DNA from: Saccostrea echinata
Lineage: Eukaryota
Reading direction: 5' to 3'
Length of the DNA stretch: 64,000 nucleotides
NCBI RefSeq assembly: GCF_033153115.1
Contig: NW_026889789.1
Location: 2,728,001 to 2,792,000, forward strand
Part shown: in pieces, positions 29,378 to 44,491 of the stretch
Position numbering within the stretch: position 1 is the first letter of the stretch
How the letters are laid out: every line of letters starts with the position of its first letter
Made by a program: the position numbers and the translations under genes
The notes under the pieces: model-generated
Databases searched by the model: none
Told to the model about the DNA's origin: nothing
Seen by the model: the letters and a program-made list of their open reading frames with translations, nothing else

Positions 29378-30894
29378 TTACGTTTAAATAAGTTCGTATT
29401 CCGATACTCGTCTATACATTGTAGGAACTCTAAATATAACTCAAAAAAATAAATCAGCTAGCTGGTTTACCAATCACAACTTCAAGGGCCTTTCTAACAA
29501 GCGGGAAATCAACTTCAAAATTGTAATAAAGGCGTTCATGACAACCTTCTATAGATACATTAAAATAGACGCAGGGAAACCTGTATAGAGTCTGGAGTGA
29601 TGCATCATTGAATCAATGTACTACAGAAGAGATTATTGATTAAACAGTATTGTTCTGAACATGTTTTATTGATTACATCAAAATGATTGTAAACAAGTTC
29701 TATACAACTTACAAAGTTCCTAACAATATTAATAAGGAAGCGACTCCATTTTGTATAACACTTTTGCATACGGTAATGTACATGTAAATATATTCATGAT
29801 ATTTTCCCAGCTCTTCCGGAAAGATCTGAGAACATGCAATTGCTGTATCTACGTGTAATGCGAAACCTTGCACATGAATTACAAGAGATTCATTTGAAAC
29901 TTGTTCTTCCTGTTGCAATATTAATATTTACATTTCATTTAAGACAAGAAGACTGCCAAGGTTTGTTTACTATTATTTTTTTTATTAAGGAAATGTCGCA
30001 GGTTTCTGATAATAATAATTGCCATATAGAATATTTACTGATCTCAGTGGAATAATATTTTTATTCACTTTATGAATGTGCATAAATTAATGCAGAGAAG
30101 GTTGTTTAATACCCAGGAAGAAGATTTAAACTACCCTTTAACTGTTATTTATAACAGTTATACTCTTTGGTTAACAAAAAATAAAGGAATTTTAAAAAAA
30201 AAAAAAAAAAAAGCTTGTTTGTCCTCTCCTGACTGAATAAAGATGGCCCACTCAAAATTTTCAAACCTCCACGAAACTTTCACATGTAATTATTTCCTTC
30301 AATGAATGTTGAAAATGTCTGAAAAAAACAACAAAACATTTCTACAATAGTTTACATGTACTCAGACGGAACGTGCAACACAAAGGTATTCCTTGCTCTG
30401 AGATAAGATATTTCTCAATTTTAAAAGTTCATGGAAAAGTTTCCCAAAATGATGTTGATAATGTATTTTTTACATTCAATTTAAGAAATTTTCGAAGCTT
30501 GAAGTGAGGCCTCATGGCCGTAGGAACCGGGGATGGCACGGGGGTGGGGGTGGGTCGTGTCATTGAATTTGCTTGGCAAGGAATGTTTGGTAGTTTTAGT
30601 GCCCCTCCTCTCCTTGAAAATGTTTGTGCCCCCCCCCCCCCTTTGAAGTGAAATTGCTTCCAACGGGCCAGGGCCTGATATGTTAAAAGTGATCACCACT
30701 ACGCTACGCATGCAGTCTTATAATTTACTTGAGTCAGTGAGTTTTTTAAGCATATCTTTTTTTTTCAAAATTACCTGATAGTCATAAAGAATGGGTTTAC
30801 ATTCCATTTGTTAAAAAACATGATATAGATTTTAACATCACTTTTCCGTGAGGCTCCAATAGATTCATTTTTTTCACTTAAAACAGTCATGGTT

Positions 30895-30929
<35 letters not shown>

Positions 30930-31467
30930 ATTCTTTACCATGAACTTTGAAAACTGAGAAATATATTGCCTCAGAGCTGGTAATTGTTCTCGATTTGTAC
31001 GCCCCCATTCTTTGAAATATAGGTGTAATCAAAAGTTTATTCCAAAATTCGACCAATACGTTAATGATACGTGTGCATAATTTTAAATTTTATTTTCCAT
31101 ATACTAGTGTATATATCTTTAGTTAACAGACCATAGAAGAATATTAAAGAAATTGATGTCCTTGATTTTTTTCCAGGAAAAAGAAAATTACATATTAGTT
31201 CATTTTTTTATTCTTAAAAGATAAATATATTTCACGAGATAGAATTAAAAATAATTTTTGAGTTAAACGTAATGTTCAGATATGTGAAAATCCCTCACAA
31301 AAGAGTCATCTACTGACTTTAAAGACTTGGCGCAATGCACATGTATACATGTATGTAGATAAAAGCTTCCTTCTCACAATCATAGGCTTCTAAATGGATC
31401 AATAATATTATCTACTTACATATCTGTCGCAGTTACTGTACGTTTTATAAAAAATGAACCAAAAAAA

Positions 31468-31507
31468 AAACAAACAAACAAACAAACAAACAAACAAAAA
31501 CAAAAAA
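31468..31507. repeat. (AAAC)n microsatellite
   Basis: Directly visible. Confidence 0.85.
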
Positions 31508-32809
31508 TGGAACAGGAAGAAATGTAAACACAATCGCCGAATTCGGTGACTTACAAAATTTGATCCATCGAGTGGGCAAAAATTGTGATTATACTGGGAA
31601 AAAATCTTGATTGATTAGCAGACATGGTAAGTCCTGTTAATAAGCAAACACTTTCGCAACGATAGAGGATTTGAGTTTAACATACATAAAATCACTTTAT
31701 GTCTTGCATAACTAGATTTTTTGAACTCAGCTAGATTTAGAAAGCTAATAAAAAGTGACTTTCTAATAATTTGAGCTGAAATCTGTGCGATAGTGAATTA
31801 CTCCTGCACTTACACTTACGGAAATCTTGAGGAGTTGTAGCCCCCCCCCCCCCCACATTAGAAATGGAGAGGGTTGCATTAATGCAGCTCAATTCATTCT
31901 TGTAACATTCAGATGTCGTTTCCCCTGTTCATGTAATACTGTCATAAAATAATATTTTGGTCAAAGAATGTTCTCTTAATTGCCAATTCTCAAGAGTTTA
32001 CAGAGTTGAGGCCCATTCCTTTAGGGGTACTGGTCTAGACTTTCGTCGTTGGATTAAGAAGAAATCATTCATCACACTAGATGGTGAAATATTTCACTGG
32101 CGGCATTTCTTAGCTTTTGGAAAAAACTAAACTTGTGAGCCATATTAATATGGCAAGTATTAGGTAATGGAGATTCACATTGTCCCTCCAGGCGAGGATC
32201 TAGGAACTATTCTGTTCGGTGGGGGGGGGGGGGGGAGTTCCACCCAATACCCCCCAAAAAACCAACACAAAGATTTCTTGACGAGCAAAATTAAATTAGA
32301 AAACATAATTTGTCAGAAGTGAAAAAATTAAGAATTTCGAATATGTGATGGGGGGGGGGGGGGGGGTGTTGATGCGCTTACTTTTATTTCTTAACCTTCA
32401 TAATTGGTTAAAAGTAGCTGACTAGATTTATCAGGGGACAGCGTTTTCAGTGTCTCCGGTGTTCATGAAATAACTCCACAGCCCAGCTGGTACTTAACTG
32501 TCTTGGTTTTTTTAATAGGTTTATCTAATGACATTGTAATTTTAAAGAATTAAGATATACAGACTCTGTACAGTGTTGTTGTATCTGCTACATTTGGTTA
32601 AATTGTTTACATGGCTTGTTCTTTAAAAATAACGCTGTAACTACCTCACTTTAAGCACCGGACGTCTCCAAACATTGCTTTCTTATTGTAAAACCAATTA
32701 CCAAACCAAAAACCAAAATTATTCCTAATACACGATTTTTAACACTTTTTTTCAACTTTGCTTTAAGGTGCCGGGATTGGTGGAACCAAGTGTGACTTTT
32801 TAAAAGGAC

Positions 32810-32950
32810 AAATTCCGACCATTCAGACAGTTCTTGACATTAGAGGTATTCTTGGAAATCTAAATAAAACAGAACTGAATTATCTTGCATCTATTTTCAA
32901 TTTTCGCGGAAAGCCTGTAGAATTTAGAACTGTCTGAATGGCCGGAATTT
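32810..32950. repeat. Inverted repeat pair (25-bp arms)
   Basis: AAATTCCGACCATTCAGACAGTTCT / AGAACTGTCTGAATGGCCGGAATTT. Confidence 0.7.
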
Positions 32951-34116
32951 GGCGTTTTGAATCAACTTGACGTTTTAACTTAAAATATCCCCATGCAATA
33001 ATAGTATGGGGATATTTTTTTCAATGAAGAAAGAGGTTCAAAACGTTAAGTGCTTGTGTTTTGAATTGAGTTAATTGTACAGTTTGCACCTGGTTCCAGG
33101 TCAGTTAAATCAAAGATTGACAGATAGGCAGAGTTTTCTTTCAAATTCTGTTTTCAAAGAAAAAAACAAAACAAATAGTGCATACTTCCGTGAAAATACT
33201 CACAATGATTCTTAAAAATCTTTATCTATTTATTTGCAGCTACTTAAATTGTGCCAAAATTTCTTTCAGTCAAAATACTATTGCTGAATACTGTTTAATT
33301 TTACACAAGGCAATAAGTAATCGAATGACGAGGACACAAAAAAAATTCTCCGTTAATTCACTGTATTCAGTATCGCATAAATAATGCGTACATGTAATTT
33401 TTTTTCAGTATGATTTCTTTATTTTGAGAATTCTTCGATTCACACTTTGGTTGATGTATTCACAAACTGCAGACATGTAAGCGCACACGCAGCATGACCA
33501 CAATTTACTCAAATCATGGCAATTTTGAAGACCCAGCATCACGCAAACAACCCTACCTCATTTATTCTTAATGAATCCTGTGTAGTTTTTTCTTTAGGGT
33601 CAGACGACACCTTCTCAATAATATATATAATAGCTCCCAAGAATTTGTTTGTGAATTATTGCTACTTCAACAAGTTTCTTAAACAAAAATGGGGAACCTT
33701 ACAAGGCATTCTTCCAAGATACCAGAGGATGGTTTTTCTTATATAATCCTATAGGAAATCACCAATATTGTCAATATCACAATTATTCCTGTATTTATTT
33801 TTGAAACATTCTGAATACAGATTAGAAATCACAAGATAATGATAACAATTATTACTTTGTTGTATATTACGAAGAAATACAAAATAGATTTTTGAGGAAC
33901 GTATCGTCTGAGCTTAAGATGTCCACTTAGATCGCTCATCCAGCAATATTGATTACATCTCTTACTCAGAAATCGCGTCATCATCAATCGCCATTCTACA
34001 GGTTAAAGATCGCAAGTCATTACGTATACGTCATCTTCCGTGGGTGATGACTTAGAAGTATGAGTAGCGTCATCCTCACATTGTCAAGGTTTTGTGATTT
34101 CGGAACTCCGCACAAA

Positions 34117-34480
34117 CCCTTGACATAAGTCGTTATTTAAAAGTCGGGCTTGTCGTTACACATGACATAGTGGGTTATTATAAACTAACCAATGAGAATA
34201 TATTTTTCAAATCCGTCGTTATCAATTGCCCAACTCAAGAGCATATCTTTTGTGATTGTAAGGAGGACGATCTTCAAAAAATTAATCCCCGATGTTTCAT
34301 TCAATGTTGCTAGTCACAAATCCTACAATATTGACACTTTACATTTTAAAGACGAGTCATATTTGTTTACAAAACTTACCTACAATAAAAACTGTTTTCT
34401 GATTGGTTCCAGTCCTAAACATGGAATAAATGAAATAGCTTTGTAGCCCAACTTTTAAATAACGACTTATATGTCAAGGG
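34117..34480. mobile_element. MITE-like element with ~35-bp TIRs
   Basis: CCCTTGACATAAGTCGTTATTTAAAAGTCGGGCT / AGCCCAACTTTTAAATAACGACTTATATGTCAAGGG. No clear TSD. Confidence 0.65.
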
Positions 34481-35936
34481 ATGGAGGAGCGTAGGAAAGA
34501 TTTTTTATTGTAGGAATGCTTTGAAGTGTACTTGTTAGACTGTAATTGCCTGTCTCTGTTGTGCGAAGGAGACTGTATATCATGCATTTGATTAGATTGG
34601 CAAGGCCACTTTATCTACTTGTAGGATTAGTTTATTCGTGCAATACATTAGTGTACTATAGCTTTCTTCCTGTAATTAAGACTACCCCTGTGTTGGAATA
34701 TTTATTAGACAGGCAAACATGGTATTAATTACGATTAGACCGCAGCTGGGAATGCATTAATGGCTCTTTGTACATGGACAGGTCATAAAATTTACAAGTG
34801 GATTTATATTCAGGCCTTTTTAAAAGGCTGATGCAATGGTACATGTACGAGTAAGTATCGCTGAATTATATCATCTAACTCAGAATTTTGTCCCTAATCT
34901 TTAAATTTTTAAATGAATGGAATTTATATAATTCCCATTCGGTGCCCTTTTTTCAATTGTTTTTATTATTGATCTACCGTTTTTTTTTCCTTAGAATAAA
35001 TTATGTAATTAGGTTTCTTTTAAATTGTAACTGCAAGTAAAAAAATTAAAAAGAATAAGAATTTTTGAACTAGTTTTCATGTTCCTAAACTTATTTGTTT
35101 AAATATTGTTTTAATGAAGCTTTGTCGCATTCTATTTATTATTGATTGTGTCCTGCTCTGTAATTTTAAGAATATTTACATGTACTTCAACAATTAAGAT
35201 ACAAATGCATTTTTTAAATTTGACGTGGCTAAAAGAATATAGAAATATTCATTATCTTTTGTTGCACATTGAATATTACAAGGCTACCATCCAGACTTAG
35301 GAAAGTTGGTGAAACACAATAATTAACAATATAGATTTGTCAATAGTTACTATTAAATGTACCTATACACTGTATATATATCGGAGAAATGAAAAAAAAT
35401 ATATATAGGAAGTAACATATGTAACGACAGACTGCATGGGCGTTGTAAAGCTGTCATTAAATAAATCCCTCATATCTCGAATCATTTTGTAATCAAAAGC
35501 AAAAGTGAAAATAAAGAAAATACTGTGAATACAAAAAGGAAGTATGCTGGCTCATTATCGTCTATATACTTTAGTACATGTACAAACTACGTGTACAATG
35601 TTTGTATAACAACTCTGTGCTAGCGCGCTTCATGAAATATGCTTACGTGACAAGTCTGTGTGATTTACACACCAATAACTCACACAAAACTTATATTCCT
35701 TAAATATTTACATTAGCAAATGTTTTCTTTTATATAAAACTATTGAAAGCAACGCCTATATCCGTATAAACACAGCTTCTTCATGTCATAAATGTTCGAC
35801 GTACGTAATTTGTCTGTGACGTCATAAAGGGGGGTCAAACTCGTGCCACTGAGTATGAAAAATAAAACATTTCACGCGTTATAAATTATAATCAGGCATA
35901 TAAGTCACGAATGTAAATATAAGTAAAAAGGTATCA

Positions 35937-36062
35937 TTTACAAACATCTATCGGGATATAAATACGGGTTGGTGCGAGGTCAAATTTACCATAAAGCCCT
36001 TTGGGTTTTATGGAATTTGATCTTGTGACCAACCCGTATTTATATCCCCATAGTTGTTTAAA
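35937..36062. repeat. Long palindrome (hairpin)
   Basis: GGATATAAATACGGGTTGGT...CCATAAA GCCCTTTGGG TTTTATGG...ACCAACCCGTATTTATATCC. Confidence 0.8.
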
Positions 36063-36599
36063 AGTGTTGACATTAATTAATCNNNNNNNNNNNNNNNNNN
36101 NNNNNNNNNNNNNNNNNNNNNNNNNNNNNNNNNNNNNNNNNNNNNNNNNNNNNNNNNNNNNNNNNNNNNNNNNNNNNNNNNNNNNNNNNNNNNNNNNNNN
36201 NNNNNNNNNNNNNNNNNNNNNNNNNNNNNNNNNNCACCGCATTTTTAAAAGAATTGACTCTTTTTGAGCTTTGTAAATTGAGAAATATCTTGTCCCAGAG
36301 CGGGTATTGTCCTAATTATTATTCTTGATTAACCAAGATAAAGATATTTAAAACCCGTACGGAATACAATATCAGTTCGCTGTACTTCAGACTAAATTTG
36401 TTATATCAGAGTTCGTCAAAATTATAGACTTTTTCAAAGAATTGCTAAGAATTTTATCGAGGATCCAAAAAAAAAACTTTACTATATCCGTGTTCGTACT
36501 TAATGAGTCTTACTGAGTTACTGTTCCTTAACCACGAGCCCAGCACCAGATGTGATAGACAACTAAATTAACAAACATTGCTTCACTTTTCAAATTTTT

Positions 36600-36822
36600 A
36601 TTTTTATAATATAAAGCTTGTTTGGATGCCATTGTTTAACCTTTTTCAACATTCTTTACACTTCCTGTAATTGTTATTTAATAGTTTGAACAAATACATG
36701 AATAATTTCTGAAATTTAAAATCATGTACCAAATACCGGTATTTCAGTCTCCGTATCACGATACGTATCACGCAATAAAAAATCACGATATACCGGTATA
36801 CCGATAAAATCGCGCATCCCTA
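36600..36822 (-). mobile_element. Partial inverted copy of the hAT-like MITE at 23837
   Basis: ...ATACCGGTATACCGATAAAATCGCGCATCCCTA is the reverse complement of the sequence starting at 23837. Confidence 0.75.
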
Positions 36823-37699
36823 ATTATTTGCTCATATTTGTCGAAGAATGTACAATGTTTTCAGTGGAAGAACAATTTTGATTGCAATAGAAACTAAATG
36901 ATAAGTCAACACTAATGTTGACGTCAATGTTTTTGATCAACATGTACAAGAGAACGACATTATCACCTATAACCCCCGACCGAAAGAAGTTGTCCTTTTC
37001 ATATACTCCCTTTAAAGATTCTCTCCTTATATTTTGTACTGATTCGAAAGAAACATTTCAGGTAATATTTTGAATCAGCTTCATGTAATACATAATACGA
37101 ATTCTACTTAGTTAATCTAAAAAACGGTTAAAGAAATTAACTACATAATATAGTAATGTATTAATTTTTGTCCTGTATCGATTTTGGGTTTAGACAGAGT
37201 ATAATTCTGCCTAGAGAATCACATGTTTTGCATATTGTCCACATTTCGGATATTATGCCGACAATTCCAGATAAGACTAAACATTGCATACAATAAGGGA
37301 TTTCTGTAAGATATCTTTGATTTTGTATTTTCATATCCGTTATCTTGAACAACCCCAATCAACTTATTATTTACTGTATCACATTAATTAAATGAGTATA
37401 TACATGTATTAATTGCCTTCCTATATATGTGCTCTAGGCAATTGGTAACGTCTTTCAATTGTTGTTGTTATTTTTTCTCTTTTTGAGTTTACCTCTAATC
37501 TATATCTTGTCCTCTCCAACTTCCTCCAAGGTAGTCGGAGCATGCACGAACGTATTTTTCTTGATTTTCACAGTGATTCTGCATTACAGCTTCGTTTGTG
37601 ATATTATTACTGCTACCACAGAGTGACATTCAGTATGTTGTACTTAAATGTTAATGTTTTGCTTGTCAAACAAGCATTCTGAGAGTATGCATTAGCAAT

Positions 37700-38160
37700 A
37701 CTAGTCCCCTACCGGCAAGTGTAATCTGGTTCCCGTTAAGAATTGAAAATGCCATAATTCCGTCAAAAATCAATGAAGCGGGACGAAATGCAAACTTGAT
37801 CTATAAGTAATCAAGGTAAAGTCACATACCAAAAATCAGCTCAGTATCTGAAAGCGTTAAGACAAAAAATGCGGAAAAACCCTAAAAATTGAAATGGCCG
37901 TATTTCCGTCAGAAGTCAATGAAGCGGAACGAAATGCAAACTTGATCTGTAACTCATCAAGATACACTCACATACCAAAAATCAGCTTAATATCTGCTAG
38001 CGTTTAGGGAAAAAGTGCGGAAAACCAAGTTGGACAGACTGACAGACAGACAGAGGGACAGACAGACAGACAGCTAGACAGACAGACGGACGGACAGACG
38101 GACGGACAGACTCAGAGGAAACCTATAGTTCCCTCCGGTTTCACCGGTAGGGGACTAATA
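37700..38160 (-). mobile_element. Non-autonomous Helentron/HINE-like element
   Basis: Sub-terminal IR TAGTCCCCTACCGG at both ends, (GACA/GACG)n microsatellite, and two ~146-bp core repeats (37741 and 37887). Confidence 0.7.
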
Positions 38161-40126
38161 ATAGCATGGTTGTCATTTTCCAGATTAAATTACACTTTGT
38201 ATATTATTACAACGGAGAATATAATGCATCCATTGGCAATGGGAAGGACAAAAAACCCATTCATTAACCATTATTCTAAATGCAATTTTACGGTTAACCA
38301 GGCCTTCATGGAATTACAACTTTCACTATCTCTATTCGTCCTGAGGCTTATGGACATTAGTATTTCTTCTTAATTCTACTTGTAGATCTGTGTCAGTTGT
38401 ACATGAGGAATTAGTTTCCATTCAGGTGATTTTTTTAAGTACGGTATTAGGTTTTCAATTTTTTTTTCCTCTAGCTGCATTTTGTTTCTGATTCGGAATA
38501 AGATATAAATTATTTGTATAGATATGTATTTCTCATGGGCTTATTTAGACATATGTTAATTTACATGTCATGCATATACTTCTACGCTGCAGTTTTCAAA
38601 TCAGATTTATTTCATAGGTGTCGCAAAGAGGGGGGGGGGGGGGGGCTTACCCCCACTTTTTTGCAAAGATAGACATAATAAAGGTGATGCATTAACTAAT
38701 TTTTCTTCGTACCATTCAAAATAAATCATTCTTGCTACATGTATATAAGATATATGCATTTTCTTTAAAATGGTCTGATTCAGTAGAAATTTGTCAATGT
38801 ACAGTAATCGATGAGGCTTTGGGCTTAAATGACCGTTAGATGAAATGTGAAGATAACGGACAATAATCATGCTCAAAATTCCAATTAATAAAAACTGTCA
38901 GCTGAGCAAACACTTAATTCTGGAAACGGATGTGGGATCAGGTGCCATCGATGAGTAAGAATCCCCTGCATGTGTCCCTTGTGATGAGAAGAAACTGATA
39001 ATGATCAAACAATTCGTCATCCTCACAACGTCAGGGGTCCTGAGTCAACGTTGAACCAGTGACAAATTTCATTCGATATCTTCTGGCATAGGAATAAGGA
39101 TAACAATAAGGAAAACATATATTTTTTCCATAATGATATTTTAATAATTTGCACTAGAGAATGTATTTGATCATCGTTCTGCTTATTAATGTTATAATGT
39201 CAAATTATTCCTGTAGATCATCAACCAAACTTACCAACCCTGACCATGTCTTTGATAATTAGATAACTTGTAAGTTCTCAGCAAACTACGTCAATATTAA
39301 AGCCTTAAAAAGTTTATTTTGTTCATCAAAATTTCCCTTAAAATTGCAGTTGTTTTGATTTTCATGTATTAACCATAGTGACTTTTATCACATAAGATAT
39401 ATGTTTACTGGTGTATTTTGCCTTGCACTTCTATACTGCTAGGATAGCATGTTGTAAATTCTGATAAAAGATAAAGAATTTACAACATGGCAGCTTATTT
39501 ATTTTGTATTTACTGCACACTGAAAATAGAAACGAATCTACAAATGTGATTCATATACATGTACTAGTATATCTCGCATATTTCTGTGAACTATACACGT
39601 CAGTACTTGTTTACCAGAAAATGAAAGAAGGAATTTTAACTTACAAAAAAAAGCTTCCGTGAATATATATGTATATGTACATACACTTACATTATTTTTG
39701 TTTTCATGATATAGTGATTTAATTTTGCTAACAAGGTTTGTTATTAACATAACATGCAAGTATAGTTTCTCTTACCTTGTCTATATTGCATGCTTTTGGT
39801 ACAGGTGTATAATGCATGTTCTGAGTTATTTCCTAGAATATTTACAATTGTCTAGTAAGTACTAGAAAAAAGTAAACCTTTATTTCCTGGTTAATATCGA
39901 CTTTAACACAATATAGCAGAAAAGGACGCGTTCAAGCAAAAATCTCAGTTATTCATATTCCTTTCCTAGTTTGTTGTGAACAGTTTATTGTAATTTATCA
40001 AATATGGTTTTGTTAATTCTAACGGTAAGATGGTTGCACTTCAATTGATTAAATTTCATGCATTACTAATATCAGTAGCTTGATCATATATCCTCTCCAT
40101 CTAGAAATTTGAAATGGGCGCGATTA

Positions 40127-40369
40127 GGCCATCTTTAAAATCAATGTTTCGTTGCCGGACTCTCCTGACTCGGGGTAAAAATAAAAACTTGGACGGTAGG
40201 TAGGAAGAAAAAGTTTTTTCCTAGAAAATTTCAACATATATCGAGAAAATTCAGGTATAAAAAGGAAAAAAAAAAAATCATTTCCTGTATGTTAAAAAAG
40301 TTTTTGAGTCGGGCAATTTTTAGCCAGTTGGTCGGGAGAGGGCAAACAAACAATTTTTTAAAGATGGCC
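40127..40369. mobile_element. MITE with GGCC termini and TTA TSD (Zator- or Harbinger-like)
   Basis: TTA-GGCCATCTTTAAAA ... TTTTAAAGATGGCC-TTA. Confidence 0.75.
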
Positions 40370-42633
40370 TTATTCTGAAATTTTTAATTTTGAAAATTGT
40401 CTTCCATTTTAGGTTGTGTCGTATCTATACAATTACAGATGAAAGTAAATAATATTTGTATACTTAAATATCCGAAAAAGAACAAGAGGTCATTGGCAAC
40501 AACGCTCAAAATAGCCCTGTTGTTCTTCATGAGCATATTTTTTTTCCCATTATATATTCCTATGTAATATTTCTATCACTTTTGTGACCCCACCCTACCC
40601 CCAGGTGTCATTCATGTATGGATGTAATCATATAATTTGATCAAAGTTGAATCTGCACTACCTCACGTTACTAACCAAGTCAATTTGACTAAATATTGTT
40701 CTGCTGTTCTTGAGAAAAAAGATTTTTAAATTTTTTTCCCACTAATTATCAGTATGGTAAACTGTAATAGCGCATTATGGCCCCACCTTATCCTCGGGAT
40801 CTGATGGTGCTTCCATATCAATATAACTAATTTTGTCTTCGCTGTTCTTGAGAAGATTTAACAAGATTTATTGAATTTTATTCCTATATATTCCTTTGTT
40901 AAACTTTCTGCACCATTGCTAGCATATAGATGTATCATTAAGACTCATTTAGGTTAATATAAAAGAGAATATTATATTAAATACTCCGTCTTCAGTAAGT
41001 AAGAAGTTGCTAGTTTAAAGCATCATGCTGAAAGAACTGCGAACGATAGTATTGTTCTGCCGCCTACCTCCAAGTCAAATTTCAAAAGTTAACATATTTG
41101 AATGATTTTTTTAATATTTATGTAGATATTTATGTGAATTTTCATATAACATAATTTATTTGGGAAAACTAAGAGAGATAACTCTTTAATTTTGGTAAAA
41201 ATTGCGTTTTTCACAATAGAAATCAACGGAAAACGGAAAATATTTTTAAAACATCTCTCTCTCTCTCTCCCCCCCCCCCCCGTGAAACAAAAATTCCTTT
41301 TTATGGGTTTTATGAATTGTTATTTCACAAATTCATACCAAAGCTTTTGTTGTTTCATGGGAGGGGGGGTATGTTTACAGACAAAAAACCCCCGTAAAAA
41401 TGGTCATTTAATTATCAATTTGAAAGGAGATTACTAATAAAATAAGGTCTTTTATCAATCTTTTATGCTGAATTTTACATAAATCTTTTTTATACAAACA
41501 TACGGAAAGTTTTAAGGGTCGTTTTTCCGTTTCCATGCATTTTTGAAAATTTAGCGATTTTAAAGCCTGATTTCAATGGATAAAATTTTCAACCCCCCTT
41601 TTGAAAAGAGTCGAAAATAAGAGCAATTAAGTTTTTGACACTGGTTTTAAAATTATTAATCAATTAATAATGAACTCTTCTTTGCATTCAATCAAGTTCT
41701 AATGGTCAAACTGCCATTTATATTGAATTACATGGGTATAAAATGTATAGGCGGGAATCGAGAGTTAGCGTGCGTGGTTCTTCTATGGTCGTTAAGGAAA
41801 TTCTTTGCAAATACAATATTTATACTATCGCTGAATCGTATTTTGATTGATATGTTTCCTCATAATATTGTTTTGTACCAATTGTTCGGCGATTATATTT
41901 ATATTAAATTCTCCATGTCAACACGGTCCAAATTTGATTTGCAGTAATATACGTTTATTCTCTGTGTGAACAGACATAGAGTTCACGGTGGAAGTGAACG
42001 GAATTTTACTCATTCTATTTTTCCGTGTTGTACATATATATCCCCTGTTCACAATCTGTATTGTTTAAAGGATTAAGGAGACAGATCATAGTATGTTATA
42101 TTCTTCTTCTTTATTTATCAAATTAGATAGATAATATAATTCTTGCTATTTTCTTTTTTAGTATATTTTTATTATTTTTTTTTTATCTAACAAATACTGA
42201 GTAACCTGAACTTCTTCTCTTGATATTCCTATTTTTTAAAAACAATTTTCTTTCTTTCTGGTTACAAATGTAAGCCAGATATTGTCAGATACCACGTGCT
42301 TATGTCACAAGAATCCCTAAACAAGACATTATTAAAGACGTAATAATGTGATGCATAGTTAGTCTGACATTATTACCAAGCATGCAAAAATTATTAAAAT
42401 TCAGGATCTGGTATAGACAAAAAATGACCAGTGATTCTGAAGATAATGCACACGTGTGCATAAATTTTGATGTATATCGACCAATTCTAGAATGGATAAA
42501 CCTGTGATATTTGAGATATTTATATAGAAAACGGTGTTACTGTTTGGACAGGAGCACCAGTCAAACAATAATATCCGGTAATTTAAAATAACAAAACATC
42601 ACACGTATGTCTAATGACACTCTCAATGATTAA

Positions 42634-43155
42634 TTATACCCCGCTCCGAAGGAGAGGGGGGTATACTGTTTTACCCTTGTGTGTATGTCTGTCTGTGTGT
42701 CCGTCCGTAACAAAATTTTGTCAGTTTTCTCAGCAACTGAATGAAATTTTAGCACACTCTTTGTTTAGTCATGCCATATGGTGGGATTCATTTTTGTTCC
42801 AATCCGATGTCAACTTCCTGTTTATCTATGCGTCTGTTCGTAACAAATTTTCGTCACAGTTTTCTCAGCAACTCAGCAACTAATCATCGCAGACGTGAAT
42901 GAAATTTTCGACTCACTCTTTGTTTAGGCATACCCTTTGGTGGGATTCATTTTTGTTTGAATCTGATATCAACTTCCTGTTTATCCCTGCGTCTGTCCAT
43001 AACAAATTTCCGTCGTAGTTTTCCCAGCAACTACTCATCGCAGATGCTTGAAATTTTACTACACTCTTTCTTGAGGCATGCCAAATGGTGGAATTCATTT
43101 TTCTATGAATTCCGTGTCAACATGAGAGGATATGTTCACATCAGAGCGGGGGTAT
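42634..43155 (+). mobile_element. Non-autonomous Helentron/HINE-like element
   Basis: 5' TTATACCCCGCTC...GGGGTATA hairpin, GTCT/GTCC microsatellite, ~3 core repeats and 3' GAGCGGGGGTAT sub-TIR. Confidence 0.7.
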
Positions 43156-43184
43156 TACATGGGATGGTTGGAAGTTGAAGATTT

Positions 43185-43222
<38 letters not shown>

Positions 43223-44442
43223 AAAGAAAGTGGGGAGGCTATAATGTTTACATTTGTTTTTACATACATTTAGCATTTAATCATCCCAAAGTACTTGAAA
43301 AGAATTAATTATTTGATAGAGCATATGAAGAAATGATCATTTTTAAAATTATTTTTGAAAGTTTACAATGACTCAAAGTCATGCTTGTATAAATGCACGA
43401 TCTAGTCATTATGATAATCTCTCACATGGTACTATATACAGCATATAAAAAACTTGAAAATGTCACGTTTCTGAACCCACATGGTGATTTCAAAATTTAG
43501 AACATACAGGTGTACACGGTGTCGGTTTATCTAGTGTGTCAGGCCGGTTCAAGATTTAAAAAAAAAATGTAAGTGTTGTGCTTACATGTAAATTCTTTAA
43601 AATGTCAAACTTAACTTACCTCATTTGTGATTTTATTCTTTATATATCTGCAGCTGGAAGTTGACCAGAGTTGAAACTTGGATCCATCATTCAGAGGATA
43701 ACAATTTTTTAACAAATTTTTCTCAGAAGTCAAATTCAAGTAAGTTACATAGAAGTATAATATAATATATACACCTATATTATATCAGGTACAGTATACC
43801 TCGTTGNNNNNNNNNNNNNNNNNNNNNNNNNNNNNNNNNNNNNNNNNNNNNNNNNNNNNNNNNNNNNNNNNNNNNNNNNNNNNNNNNNNNNNNNNNNNNN
43901 NNNNNNNNNNNNNNNNNNNNNNNNNNNNNNNNNNATTCACTGAGTTTTCCTGAAACTTCCATTTTATTCAAGGCCCTGCATGAAGCACAAGAGTACAAAC
44001 ATGATACAAAATCTGAACAGAAGTTTATGATTTTTAGGGGGATCTCTACATCGTCACAAAATGGTTTTCTTGTTTTCGGAATGCCATTTTGGTCCGAAAT
44101 GACTTGATTCTGTCCTGAACAAATTCATTAAAAACCGATAATTTACTTCTAGGATAAACTTTTATCATGCGAGATGTATACACCACTTTATATGGAATGG
44201 CCCCTCGAAGCGACGAGAGTGGCCCAGGTGCCTTTCCTTTAAACAAGGTTTTTTTTTTTCTTTCTTTCTTTTTTTTTTTTTTACTATATTCAAATTCAAC
44301 TGATTTTTCTTCCCTGACAATATATCCATAAACCTATAAAGATAAAATATGATTATAAGCAATAAAGTGATACTGTAATAAAACTGTAATAATATTGTAG
44401 TAAAACAGATTTTGGAAGGAATCCAGTTTATCTCATTTACTG

Positions 44443-44491
<49 letters not shown>

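Noticed and set aside
43654-43739. Possible host exon (polypyrimidine-CAG ... GTAAGT), with similar donors near 17095 and 31627
   Set aside because: Splice-like signals alone do not give a coherent reading frame or gene model. RNA-seq would be needed.
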